A program made the position numbers and the translations under genes. A stretch of 64,000 nucleotides of DNA from Eledone cirrhosa (taxonomy: Eukaryota): positions 13,392,001-13,456,000 of the forward strand of contig OZ024744.1 in the NCBI GenBank assembly GCA_964016885.1, read 5' to 3'. This document shows positions 42,201 to 54,084 of the stretch, piece after piece. Numbering within the stretch: position 1 is the first letter of the stretch; each line of letters opens with the position of its first letter. The notes beneath the pieces were generated by a model. It was not told the DNA's origin. It did not search any database and saw nothing but the letters and a program-made list of their open reading frames with translations.

Positions 42201-42890
42201 TGTCTCAGTAGATCAGAGAGTCACTCCAGTTAAAGCCACTCTCTAAATTGAGAGATCACAACTCCAATACTATGGACATGGGGTTTGAATGTCTCACTAG
42301 ATCAGAGAATCACTCCAGTTAAAGCTACTCTCTAAATTGAGAGATCACAACTCCAATACTATGGAAATGTGGTTAGAATGTCTCAGTAGATCAGAGAATC
42401 ACTCCAGTTAAAGCTACTCTCTAAATTGAGAGATCACAGCTCCTATACTATGGACATGTGGTTAGAATGTCTCAGTAGAACAGAGAGTCTCTCTTGTTAA
42501 AGCTACTCTCTAAATTGAGAGGTCACAACTCCAATACTATGGACATGTTGTTAGAATGTCTCAGTAGATCAGAGTGTCACTCCAGTTAAAGCCACTCTCT
42601 AAATTGAGAGATCACAACTCCAATACTATGGACATGGGGTTTGAAAGTCTCAGTAGATTAGAGTGTCACTCCAGTTAAAGCTACTCTCTAAATTGAGAGA
42701 TCACAACTCCAAGACTATGGACATGGGGTTTGAATGTCTCAGTAGATCAGAGAGTCGCTCAAGTTAAAGCCACTCTCTAAATTGAGAGATCACAACTCCA
42801 ATACTATGGACATGTGGTAAGAATGTCTCAGTAGATCAGAGTGTCACTCCAGTTAAAGCTACTCTCTAAATTGAGAGATCACATCTCCCA
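27300..42890 (+). repeat. Homogenised HOR domain built from a 22-monomer unit and its derivatives
   Basis: The marker CATAGGGTT..CCAGTAAAAG occurs at 28131, 30089, 31778, 33647, 36050, 37474, 39076 and 41034, spacings of 22, 19, 21, 27, 16, 18 and 22 monomers. I did not see it elsewhere in the window. Confidence 0.88.
38250..42890 (+). repeat. Near-perfect 22-monomer (1958 bp) tandem repeat, about 2.4 copies
   Basis: CACGGTGT at 39101/41059, GCTCAAGGTA at 39731/41689 and GCTCCTATAC at 40481/42439, all offset 1958 = 22x89. Confidence 0.9.
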
Positions 42891-44459
42891 TACTATGGAT
42901 ATGTGGTTAGAATGTCACAGTAGATCAGAGAGTCACTCTTGTTAAAGCTACTCTCTAAATTGAGAGATCACAACTCCCATACTATGGACATGTTGTTTAA
43001 ATGTCTCAGTAGATCAGAGAGTCACTCCAGTTAAAGCTGCTCTCTAAATTGAGAGATCACAACTCCCATACTATGGACATGGGGTTTGAATGTCTCACTA
43101 GATCAGAGAGTCACTCCAGTTAAAGCTACTCTCTAAATTGCGAGATCACAACTCCAATACTATGGACATGTGTTTAGAATGTCTCAGTAGATCAGAGAAT
43201 CACTCCAGTTAAATCTACTAGCTAAATTGAGAGATCACAACTCCATACTATGGACATGTGGTTAGAATCTCTCAGTAGATCAGAGAGTCATTCCAGTTAA
43301 AGCCACTCTCTAAATTGAGAGATCACAACTCCCATACTATGGACGTTTGGTTAGAATGTCTCAGTAGATCAGAGAAACACTCCAGTTAAAGCTACTCTGT
43401 AAATTGAGAGATCACATCTCCCATACTATGGACATGTGGTTAGAATGTCTCAGTAGAACAGAGAGTCTCTCTTGTTAAAGCTACTCTCTAAATTGAGAGA
43501 TCACAACTCCATACTATGGACATGGGTTTTGAATGTCTCAGTAGAACAGAGAGTCTCTCTTGTTAAAACTACTCTCTAAATTGAGAGATCACAACTCCAA
43601 TACTATGGACATGTGGTTAGAATGTCTCAGTAGATCAGAAAGTCACTCCAGTTAAAGCTACACTCTAAATTGAGAGATCACAACTCCTATACTATGGACA
43701 TGCGTTTAGAATGTCTCAGTAGATCACAGTGTCACTCCAGTTAAAGCCACTCTCTAAATTGAGAGATCACAACTCCAATACTATGGACATGTGGTTAGAA
43801 TGTCTCAGTAGATCAGAGAGTCATTCCAGTTAAAGCCACTCTCTAAATTGAGAGATCACAACTCCCATACTATGGACGTGTGGTTAGAATGTCTCAGTAG
43901 ATCAGAGAATCACTCCAGTTAAAGCTACTCTCTAAATTGAGAGATCACAACTCCCATACTATGGAAATGTGGTTAGAATGTCTTAGTAGATCATAGAGTC
44001 ACTCCAGTTAAAGCCACTCTATAAATTGAGAGATCACAACTCCCATACTATAGACATGTGGTTAGAATGTCTCAGTAGATCAGAGAGTCATTCCAGTTAA
44101 AGCCACTCTCTAAATTGAGAGATCACAACTCCCATACTATGGACGTGTGGTTAGAATGTCTCAGTAGATCAGAGAATCACTCCAGTTAAAGCTACACTCT
44201 TAATTGAGAGATCACAACTCCAATACTATGGACATGGGGTTAGAATGTCTCAGTAGATCAGAGTGTCACTCCAGTTGAAGCCACTCTCTAAATTGAGGGA
44301 TCACAACTCCAATACTATGGACATGTTGTTAGAATGTCTCAGTAGATCAGAGAGTCACTCCAGTTAAAGCCACTCTCTAAATTGAGAGATCACAACTCCA
44401 ATACTATGGACATGGGGTTTGAAAGTCTCAGTAGATTAGAGTGTCACTCCAGTTAAAGC

Positions 44460-46400
44460 TAATCTCTAAATTGAGAGATCACAACTCCAAGACTATGGAC
44501 ATGGGGTTTGAATGTCTCAGTAGATCAGAGAGTCGCTCAAGTTAAAGCCACTCTCTAAATTGAGAGATCACAACTCCAATACTATGGACATGTGGTAAGA
44601 ATGTCTCAGTAGATCAGAGTGTCACTCTAGTTAAAACTACTCTCTAAATTGAGAGATCACATCTCCCATACTATGGACATGTGGTTAGAATGTCACAGTA
44701 GATCAGAGAGTCACTCTTGTTAAAGCTACTCTCTAAATTGAGAGATCACAACTCCAATACTATGGAAATGTGGTTAGAATGTCTCAGTAGATCAGAGAGT
44801 CACTCCAGTTAAAGCCACTCTCTAAATTGAGAGATCACAACTCCAATACTATGGACATGGGGTTTGAATGTCTCACTAGATCAGAGAATCACTCCAGTTA
44901 AAGCTACTCTCTGAATTGAGAGATCACAACTCCAATACTATAGAAATGTGGTTAGAATGTCTCAGTAGATTAGAGAATCACTCCAGTTAAAGCTACTCTC
45001 TAAATTGAGAGATCACAGCTCCCATACTATGGACATGTGGTTAGAATGTCTCAGTAGAACAGAGAGTCTCTCTTGTTAAAGCTACTCTCTAAATTGAGAG
45101 GTCACAACTCCAATACTATGGACATGTTGTTAGAATGTCTCAGTAGATCAGAGAGTCACTCCAGTTAAAGCCACTCTCTAAATTGAGAGATCACAACTCC
45201 AATACTATGGACATGGGGTTTGAAAGTCTCAGTAGATTAGAGTGTCACTCCAGTTAAAGCTACTCTCTAAATTGAGAGATCACAACTCCAAGACTATGGA
45301 CATGGGGTTTGAATGTCTCAGTAGATCAGAGATTCGCTCAAGTTAAAGCCACTCTCTAAATTGAGAGATCACAACTCCCATACTATAGACATGTGGTAAG
45401 AATGTCTCAGTAGATCAGAGTGTCACTCCAGTTAAAGCTAATCTCTAAATTGAGAGATCACAACTCCCAAGACTATGGACATGGGGTTTGAATGTCTCAG
45501 TAGATCAGAGAGTCGCTCAAGTTAAAGCCACTCTCTAAATTGAGAGATCACAACTCCAATACTATGGACATGTGGTAAGAATGTCTCAGTAGATCAGAGT
45601 GTCACTCCAGTTAAAGCTACTCTCTAAATTGAGAGATCACATCTCCCATACTATGGACATGTGGTTAGAATGTCACAGTAGATCAGAGAGTCACTCTTGT
45701 TAAAGCTACTCTCTAAATTGAGAGATCACAACTACAATACTATGGAAATGTGGTTAGAATGTCTCAGTAGATCAGAGAGTCACTCCAGTTAAAGCCACTC
45801 TCTAAATTGAGAGATCACAACTCCAATACTATGGACATGGGGTTTGAATGTCTCACTAGATCAGAGATCATTCCAGTTAAAGCTACTCTCTAAATTGAGA
45901 GATCACAACTCCAATACTATGGAAATGTGGTTAGAATGTCTCAGTAGATCAGAGAATCACTCCAGTTAAAGCTACTCTCTAAATTGAGAGATCACAGCTC
46001 CCATACTATGGACATGTGGTTAGAATGTCTCAGTAGAACAGAGAGTCTCTCTTGTTAAAGCTACTCTCTAAATTGAGAGGTCACAACTCCAATACTATGG
46101 ACATGTTGTTAGAATGTCTCAGTAGATCAGAGAGTCACTCCAGTTAAAGCCACTCTCTAAATTGAGAGATCACAACTCCAATACTATGGACATGGGGTTT
46201 GAAAGTCTCAGTAGATTAGAGTGTCACTCCAGTTAAAGCTACTCTCTAAATTGAGAGATCACAACTCCAAGACTATGGACATGGGGTTTGAATGTCTCAG
46301 TAGATCAGAGAGTCGCTCAAGTTAAAGCCACTCTCTAAATTGAGAGATCACAACTCCAATACTATGGACATGTGGTAAGAATGTCTCAGTAGATCAGAGT
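44460..46400 (+). repeat. Tandem duplication of 11 monomers (979 bp)
   Basis: GCTAATCT at 44461/45440 (offset 979 = 11x89), each followed by the same ordered variants: AAGAC, GGTAAG, GTCACAG, CACAGCT, GAGGTCAC. Confidence 0.75.
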
Positions 46401-46709
46401 GTCACTCCAGTTAAAGCTACTCTCTAAATTGAGAGATCACATCTCCCATACTATGGACATGTGGTTAGAATGTCACAGTAGATCAGAGAGTCACTCTTGT
46501 TAAAGCTACTCTCTAAATTGAGAGATCACAACTCCCATACTATGGACATGTTGTTTAAATGTCTCAGTAGATCAGAGAGTCACTCCAGTTAAAGCTGCTC
46601 TCTAAATTGAGAGATCACAACTCCCATACTATGGACATGGGGTTTGAATGTCTCACTAGATCAGAGAGTCACTCCAGTTAAAGCTACTCTCTAAATTGAG
46701 AGATCACAA

Positions 46710-49700
46710 CTCCAATACTATGGACATGTGTTTAGAATGTCTCAGTAGATCAGAGAATCACTCCAGTTAAAGCTACTAGCTAAATTGAGAGATCACAACT
46801 CCATACTATGGACATGTGGTTAGACTCTCTCAGTAGATCAGAGAGTCATTCCAGTTAAAGCCACTCTCTAAATTGAGAGATCACAACTCCCATACTATGG
46901 ACGTTTGGTTAGAATGTCTCAGTAGATCAGAGAAACATTCCAGTTAAAGCTACTCTCTAAATTGAGAGATCACATCTCCCATACTATGGACATGTGGTTA
47001 GAATGTCTCAGTAGAACAGAGAGTCTCTCTTGTTAAAGCTACTCTCTAAATTGAGAGATCACAACTCCATACTATGGACATGGGTTTTGAATATCTCAGT
47101 AGAACAGAGAGTCTCTCTTGTTAAAACTACTCTCTAAATTGAGAGATCACAACTCCATACTATGGACATGGGGTTTGAAAGTCTCAGTAGATTAGAGTGT
47201 CACTCCAGTTAAAGCATTCTCTAAATTCAGAGATCACAACTCCAACACTATGGACATGGGGTTTGAATGTCTCAGTAGATCAGAGTGTCACTCCAGTTAA
47301 AGTTACTCTCTAAATTGAGAGATCACAACTCCAATACTATGGACATGTGGTTAGAATGTCTCAGTAGATCAGAAAGTCACTCCAGTTAAAGCTACACTCT
47401 AAATTGAGAGATCACAACTCCTATACTATGGACATGCGTTTAGAATGTCTCAGTAGATCACAGTGTCACTCCAGTTAAAGCCACTCTCTAAATTGAGAGA
47501 TCACAACTCCAATACTATGGACATGTGGTTAGAATGTCTCAGTAGATCAGAGAGTCATTCCAGTTAAAGCCACTCTCTAAATTGAGAGATCACAACTCCC
47601 ATACTATGGACGTGTGGTTAGAATGTCTCAGTAGATCAGAGAATCACTCCAGTTAAAGCTACTCTCTAAATTGAGAGATCACAACTCCCTTACTATGGAA
47701 ATGTGGTTAGAATGTCTTAGTAGATCAGAGAGTCACTCCAGTTAAAGCCACTCTCTAAATTGAGAGATCACAACTCCCATACTATAGACATGTGGTTAGA
47801 ATGTCTCAGTAGATCAGAAAGTCACTCCAGTTAAAGCTACACTCTAAATTGAGAGATCACAACTCCAATACTATGGACATGGGGTTAGAATGTCTCAGTA
47901 GATCAGAGTGTCACTCCAGTTAAAGCCACTCTCTAAATTGAGGGATCACAACTCCCATACTATGGACATGTTGTTAGAATGTCTCAGTAGATCAGAGAGT
48001 CACTCCAGTTAAAGCCACTCTCTAAATTGAGAGATCACAACTCCAATACTATGGACATGGGGTTTGAAAGTCTCAGTAGATTAGAGTGTCACTCCAGTTA
48101 AAGCTACTCTCTAAATTGAGAGATCACAACTCCCATACTATGGACATGTGGTTAGAATGGCTCAGTAGATCAGAAAGTCACTCCAGTTAAAGCTACACTC
48201 TAAATTGAGAGATCACAACTCCAATACTATGGACATGGGGTTAGAATGTCTCAGTAGATCAGAGTGTCACTCCAGTTAAAGCCACTCTCTAAATTGAGGG
48301 ATCACAACTCCAATACTATGGACATGTTGTTAGAATGTCTCAGTAGATCAGAGAGTCACTCCAGTTAAAGCCACTCTCTAAATTGAGAGATCACAACTCC
48401 AATACTATGGACATTGGGTTTGAAAGTCTCAGTAGATTAGAGTGTCACTCCAGTTAAAGCTACTCTCTAAATTGAGAGATCACAGCTCCCATACTATGGA
48501 CATGTGGTTAGAATGTCTCAGTAGATCAGAGAATCACTCCAGTTAAAGCTACTAGCTAAATTGAGAGATCACAACTCCATACTATGGACATGTGGTTAGA
48601 CTCTCTCAGTAGATCAGAGAGTCATTCCAGTTAAAGCCACTCTCTAAATTGAGAGATCACAACTCCCATACTATGGACGTTTGGTTAGAATGTCTCAGTA
48701 GATCAGAGAAACATTCCAGTTAAAGCTACTCTCTAAATTGAGAGATCACATCTCCCATACTATGGACATGTGGTTAGAATGTCTCAGTAGAACAGAGAGT
48801 CTCTCTTGTTAAAGCTACTCTCTAAATTGAGAGATCACAACTCCATACTATGGACATGGGTTTTGAATGTCTCAGTAGAACAGAGAGTCTCTCTTGTTAA
48901 AACTACTCTCTAAATTGAGAGATCACAACTCCATACTATGGACATGGGGTTTGAAAGTCTCAGTAGATTAGAGTGTCACTCCAGTTAAAGCATTCTCTAA
49001 ATTCAGAGATCACAACTCCAACACTATGGACATGGGGTTTGAATGTCTCAGTAGATCAGAGTGTCACTCCAGTTAAAGTTACTCTCTAAATTGAGAGATC
49101 ACAACTCCAATACTATGGACATGTGGTTAGAATGTCTCAGTAGATCAGAAAGTCACTCCAGTTAAAGCTACACTCTAAATTGAGAGATCACAACTCCTAT
49201 ACTATGGACATGCGTTTAGAATGTCTCAGTAGATCACAGTGTCACTCCAGTTAAAGCCACTCTCTAAATTGAGAGATCACAACTCCAATACTATGGACAT
49301 GTGGTTAGAATGTCTCAGTAGATCAGAGAGTCATTCCAGTTAAAGCCACTCTCTAAATTGAGAGATCACAACTCCCATACTATGGACGTGTGGTTAGAAT
49401 GTCTCAGTAGATCAGAGAATCACTCCAGTTAAAGCTACTCTCTAAATTGAGAGATCACAACTCCCTTACTATGGAAATGTGGTTAGAATGTCTTAGTAGA
49501 TCAGAGAGTCACTCCAGTTAAAGCCACTCTCTAAATTGAGAGATCACAACTCCCATACTATAGACATGTGGTTAGAATGTCTCAGTAGATCAGAAAGTCA
49601 CTCCAGTTAAAGCTACACTCTAAATTGAGAGATCACAACTCCAATACTATGGACATGGGGTTAGAATGTCTCAGTAGATCAGAGTGTCACTCCAGTTAAA

Positions 49701-52700
49701 GCCACTCTCTAAATTGAGGGATCACAACTCCCATACTATGGACATGTTGTTAGAATGTCTCAGTAGATCAGAGAGTCACTCCAGTTAAAGCCACTCTCTA
49801 AATTGAGAGATCACAACTCCAATACTATGGACATGGGGTTTGAAAGTCTCAGTAGATTAGAGTGTCACTCCAGTTAAAGCTACTCTCTAAATTGAGAGAT
49901 CACAACTCCCATACTATGGACATGTGGTTAGAATGGCTCAGTAGATCAGAGAGTCACTCCACTTAAAGCCACTAATTCTCTAAATTGAGAGATCACAACT
50001 CCAATACTATGGACATGGGGTTAGAATGTCTCAGTAGATCAGAGTGTCACTCCAGTTAAAGCCACTCTCTAAATTGAGGGATCACAACTCCAATACTATG
50101 GACATGTTGTTAGAATGTCTCAGTAGATCAGAGAGTCACTCCAGTTAAAGCCACTCTCTAAATTGAGAGATCACAACTCCAATACTATGGACATTGGGTT
50201 TGAAAGTCTCAGTAGATTAGAGTGTCACTCCAGTTAAAGCTACTCTCTAAATTGAGAGATCACAGCTCCCATACTATGGACATGTGGTTAGAATGTCTCA
50301 GTAGAACAGAGAGTCTCTCTTGTTAAAGCTACTCTCTAAATTGAGAGGTCACAACTCCAATACTATGGACATGTTGTTAGAATGTCTCAGTAGATCAGAG
50401 AGTCACTCCAGTTAAAGCCACTCTCTAAATTGAGAGATCACAACTCCAATACTATGGACATGGGGTTTGAAAGTCTCAGTAGATTAGAGTGTCACTCCAG
50501 TTAAAGCTACTCTCTAAATTGAGAGATCACAACTCCAAGACTATGGACATGGGGTTTGAATGTCTCAGTAGATCAGAGAGTCGCTCAAGTTAAAGCCACT
50601 CTCTAAATTGAGAGATCACAACTCCAATACTATGGACATGTGGTAAGAATGTCTCAGTAGATCAGAGTGTCACTCCAGTTAAAGCTACTCTCTAAATTGA
50701 GAGATCACATCTCCCATACTATGGACATGTGGTTAGAATGTCACAGTAGATCAGAGAGTCACTCTTGTTAAAGCTACTCTCTAAATTGAGAGATCACAAC
50801 TCCCATACTATGGACATGTTGTTTAAATGTCTCAGTAGATCAGAGAGTCACTCCAGTTAAAGCTGCTCTCTAAATTGAGAGATCACAACTCCCATACTAT
50901 GGACATGGGGTTTGAATGTCTCACTAGATCAGAGAGTCACTCCAGTTAAAGCTACTCTCTAAATTGAGAGATCACAACTCCAATACTATGGACATGTGTT
51001 TAGAATGTCTCAGTAGATCAGAGAATCACTCCAGTTAAAGCTACTAGCTAAATTGAGAGATCACAACTCCATACTATGGACATGTGGTTAGACTCTCTCA
51101 GTAGATCAGAGAGTCATTCCAGTTAAAGCCACTCTCTAAATTGAGAGATCACAACTCCCATACTATGGACGTTTGGTTAGAATGTCTCAGTAGATCAGAG
51201 AAACACTCCAGTTAAAGCTACTCTCTAAATTGAGAGATCACATCTCCCATACTATGGACATGTGGTTAGAATGTCTCAGTAGAACAGAGAGTCTCTCTTG
51301 TTAAAGCTACTCTCTAAATTGAGAGATCACAACTCCATACTATGGACATGGGGTTTGAATGTCTCAGTAGAACAGAGAGTCTCTCTTGTTAAAACTACTC
51401 TCTAAATTGAGAGATCACAACTCCATACTATGGACATGGGGTTTGAAAGTCTCAGTAGATTAGAGTGTCACTCCAGTTAAAGCCACTCTCTAAATTCAGA
51501 GATCACAACTCCAACACTATGGACATGGGGTTTGAATGTCTCAGTAGATCAGAGTGTCACTCCAGTTAAAGTTACTCTCTAAATTGAGAGATCACAACTC
51601 CAATACTATGGACATGTGGTTAGAATGTCTCAGTAGATCAGAAAGTCACTCCAGTTAAAGCTACACTCTAAATTGAGAGATCACAACTCCTATACTATGG
51701 ACATGCGTTTAGAATGTCTCAGTAGATCACAGTGTCACTCCAGTTAAAGCCACTCTCTAAATTGAGAGATCACAACTCCAATACTATGGACATGTGGTTA
51801 GAATGTCTCAGTAGATCAGAGAGTCATTCCAGTTAAAGCCACTCTCTAAATTGAGAGATCACAACTCCCATACTATGGACGTGTGGTTAGAATGTCTCAG
51901 TAGATCAGAGAATCACTCCAGTTAAAGCTACTCTCTAAATTGAGAGATCACAACTCCCTTACTATGGAAATGTGGTTAGAATGTCTTAGTAGATCAGAGA
52001 GTCACTCCAGTTAAAGCCACTCTCTAAATTGAGAGATCACAACTCCCATACTATAGACATGTGGTTAGAATGTCTCAGTAGATCAGAAAGTCACTCCAGT
52101 TAAAGCTACACTCTAAATTGAGAGATCACAACTCCAATACTATGGACATGGGGTTAGAATGTCTCAGTAGATCAGAGTGTCACTCCAGTTAAAGCCACTC
52201 TCTAAATTGAGTGATCACAACTCCCATACTATGGACATGTTGTTAGAATGTCTCAGTAGATCAGAGAGTCACTCCAGTTAAAGCCACTCTCTAAATTGAG
52301 AGATCACAACTCCAATACTATGGACATGGGGTTTGAAAGTCTCAGTAGATTAGAGTGTCACTCCAGTTAAAGCTACTCTCTAAATTGAGAGATCACAACT
52401 CCCATACTATGGACATGTGGTTAGAATGGCTCAGTAGATCAGAAAGTCACTCCAGTTAAAGCTACACTCTAAATTGAGAGATCACAACTCCAATACTATG
52501 GACATGGGGTTAGAATGTCTCAGTAGATCAGAGTGTCACTCCAGTTAAAGCCACTCTCTAAATTGACGGATCACAACTCCAATACTATGGACATGTTGTT
52601 AGAATGTCTCAGTAGATCAGAGAGTCACTCCAGTTAAAGCCACTCTCTAAATTGAGAGATCACAACTCCAATACTATGGACATTGGGTTTGAAAGTCTCA

Positions 52701-52740
52701 GTAGATTAGAGTGTCACTCCAGTTAAAGCTAATCTCTAAA
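46710..52740 (+). repeat. Three copies of a roughly 20-monomer block, spaced 20 and 28 monomers apart
   Basis: TAGACTCTC at 46821/48597/51089 (offsets 1776 = 20x89-4 and 2492 = 28x89). CATGCGTTT, CCCTTAC and GACATTGGG each recur in all three copies. Confidence 0.85.
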
Positions 52741-54084
52741 TTGAGAGATCACAACTCCAAGACTATGGACATGGGGTTTGAATGTCTCAGTAGATCAGAG
52801 AGTCGCTCAAGTTAAAGCCACTCTCTAAATTGAGAGATCACAACTCCAATACTATGGACATGTGGTAAGAATGTCTCAGTAGATCAGAGTGTCACTCCAG
52901 TTAAAGCTACTCTCTAAATTGAGAGATCACATCTCCCATACTATGGACATGTGGTTAGAATGTCACAGTAGATCAGAGAGTCACTCTTGTTAAAGCTACT
53001 CTCTAAATTGAGAGATCACAACTCCAATACTATGGACATGTTGTTTAAATGTCTCACTAGATCAGAGAGTCACTCCAGTTAAAGCTGCTCTGTAAATTGA
53101 GAGATCACAACTCCCATACTATGGACATGGGGTTTGAATGTCTCACTAGATCAGAGAGTCACTCCAGTTAAAGCTACTCTCTAAATTGAGAGATCACAAC
53201 TCCAATACTATGGACATGTGGTTAGAATGTCTCAGTAGATCAGAGAATCACTCCAGTTAAAGCTACTAGCTAAATTGAGAGATCACAACTCCATACTATG
53301 GACATGTGGTTAGAATCTCTCAGTAGATCAGAGAGTCATTCCAGTTAAAGCCACTCTCTAAATTGAGAGATCACAACTCCCATACTATGGACATGTGGTT
53401 AGAATGTCTCAGTAGATCAGAGAAACACTCCAGTTAAAGCTACTCTCTAAATTGAGAGATCACATCTCCCATACTATGGACATGTGGTTAGAATGTCTCA
53501 GTAGAACAGAGAGTCTCTCTTGTTCAAACTACTCTCTAAATTGAGAGATCACAACTCCATACTATGGACATGGGGTTTGAATGTCTCAGTAGAACAGAGA
53601 GTCTCTCTTGTTAAAACTACTCTCTAAATTGAGAGATCACAACTCCATACAATGGACATGGGGTTAGAATGTCTCAGTAGATTAGAGTGTCACTCCAGTT
53701 AAAGCCACTCTCTAAATTCAGAGATGACAACTCCAACACTATGGACATGGGGTTTGAATGTCTCAGTAGATCAGAGTGTCACTCCAGTTAAAGTTACTCT
53801 CTAAATTGAGAGATCACAACTCCAATACTATGGACATGTGGTTAGAATGTCTCAGTAGATCAGAAAGTCACTCCAGTTAAAGCTACACTCTAAATTGAGA
53901 GATCACAACTCCTATACTATGGACATGGGTTTAGAATGTCTCAGTAGATCACAGTGTCACTCCAGTTAAAGCCACTCTCTAAATTGAGGGATCACAACTC
54001 CCATACTATGGACATGTTGTTAGAATGTCTCAGTAGATCAGAGAGTCACTCCAGTTAAAGCCACTCTCTAAATTGAGAGATCAC

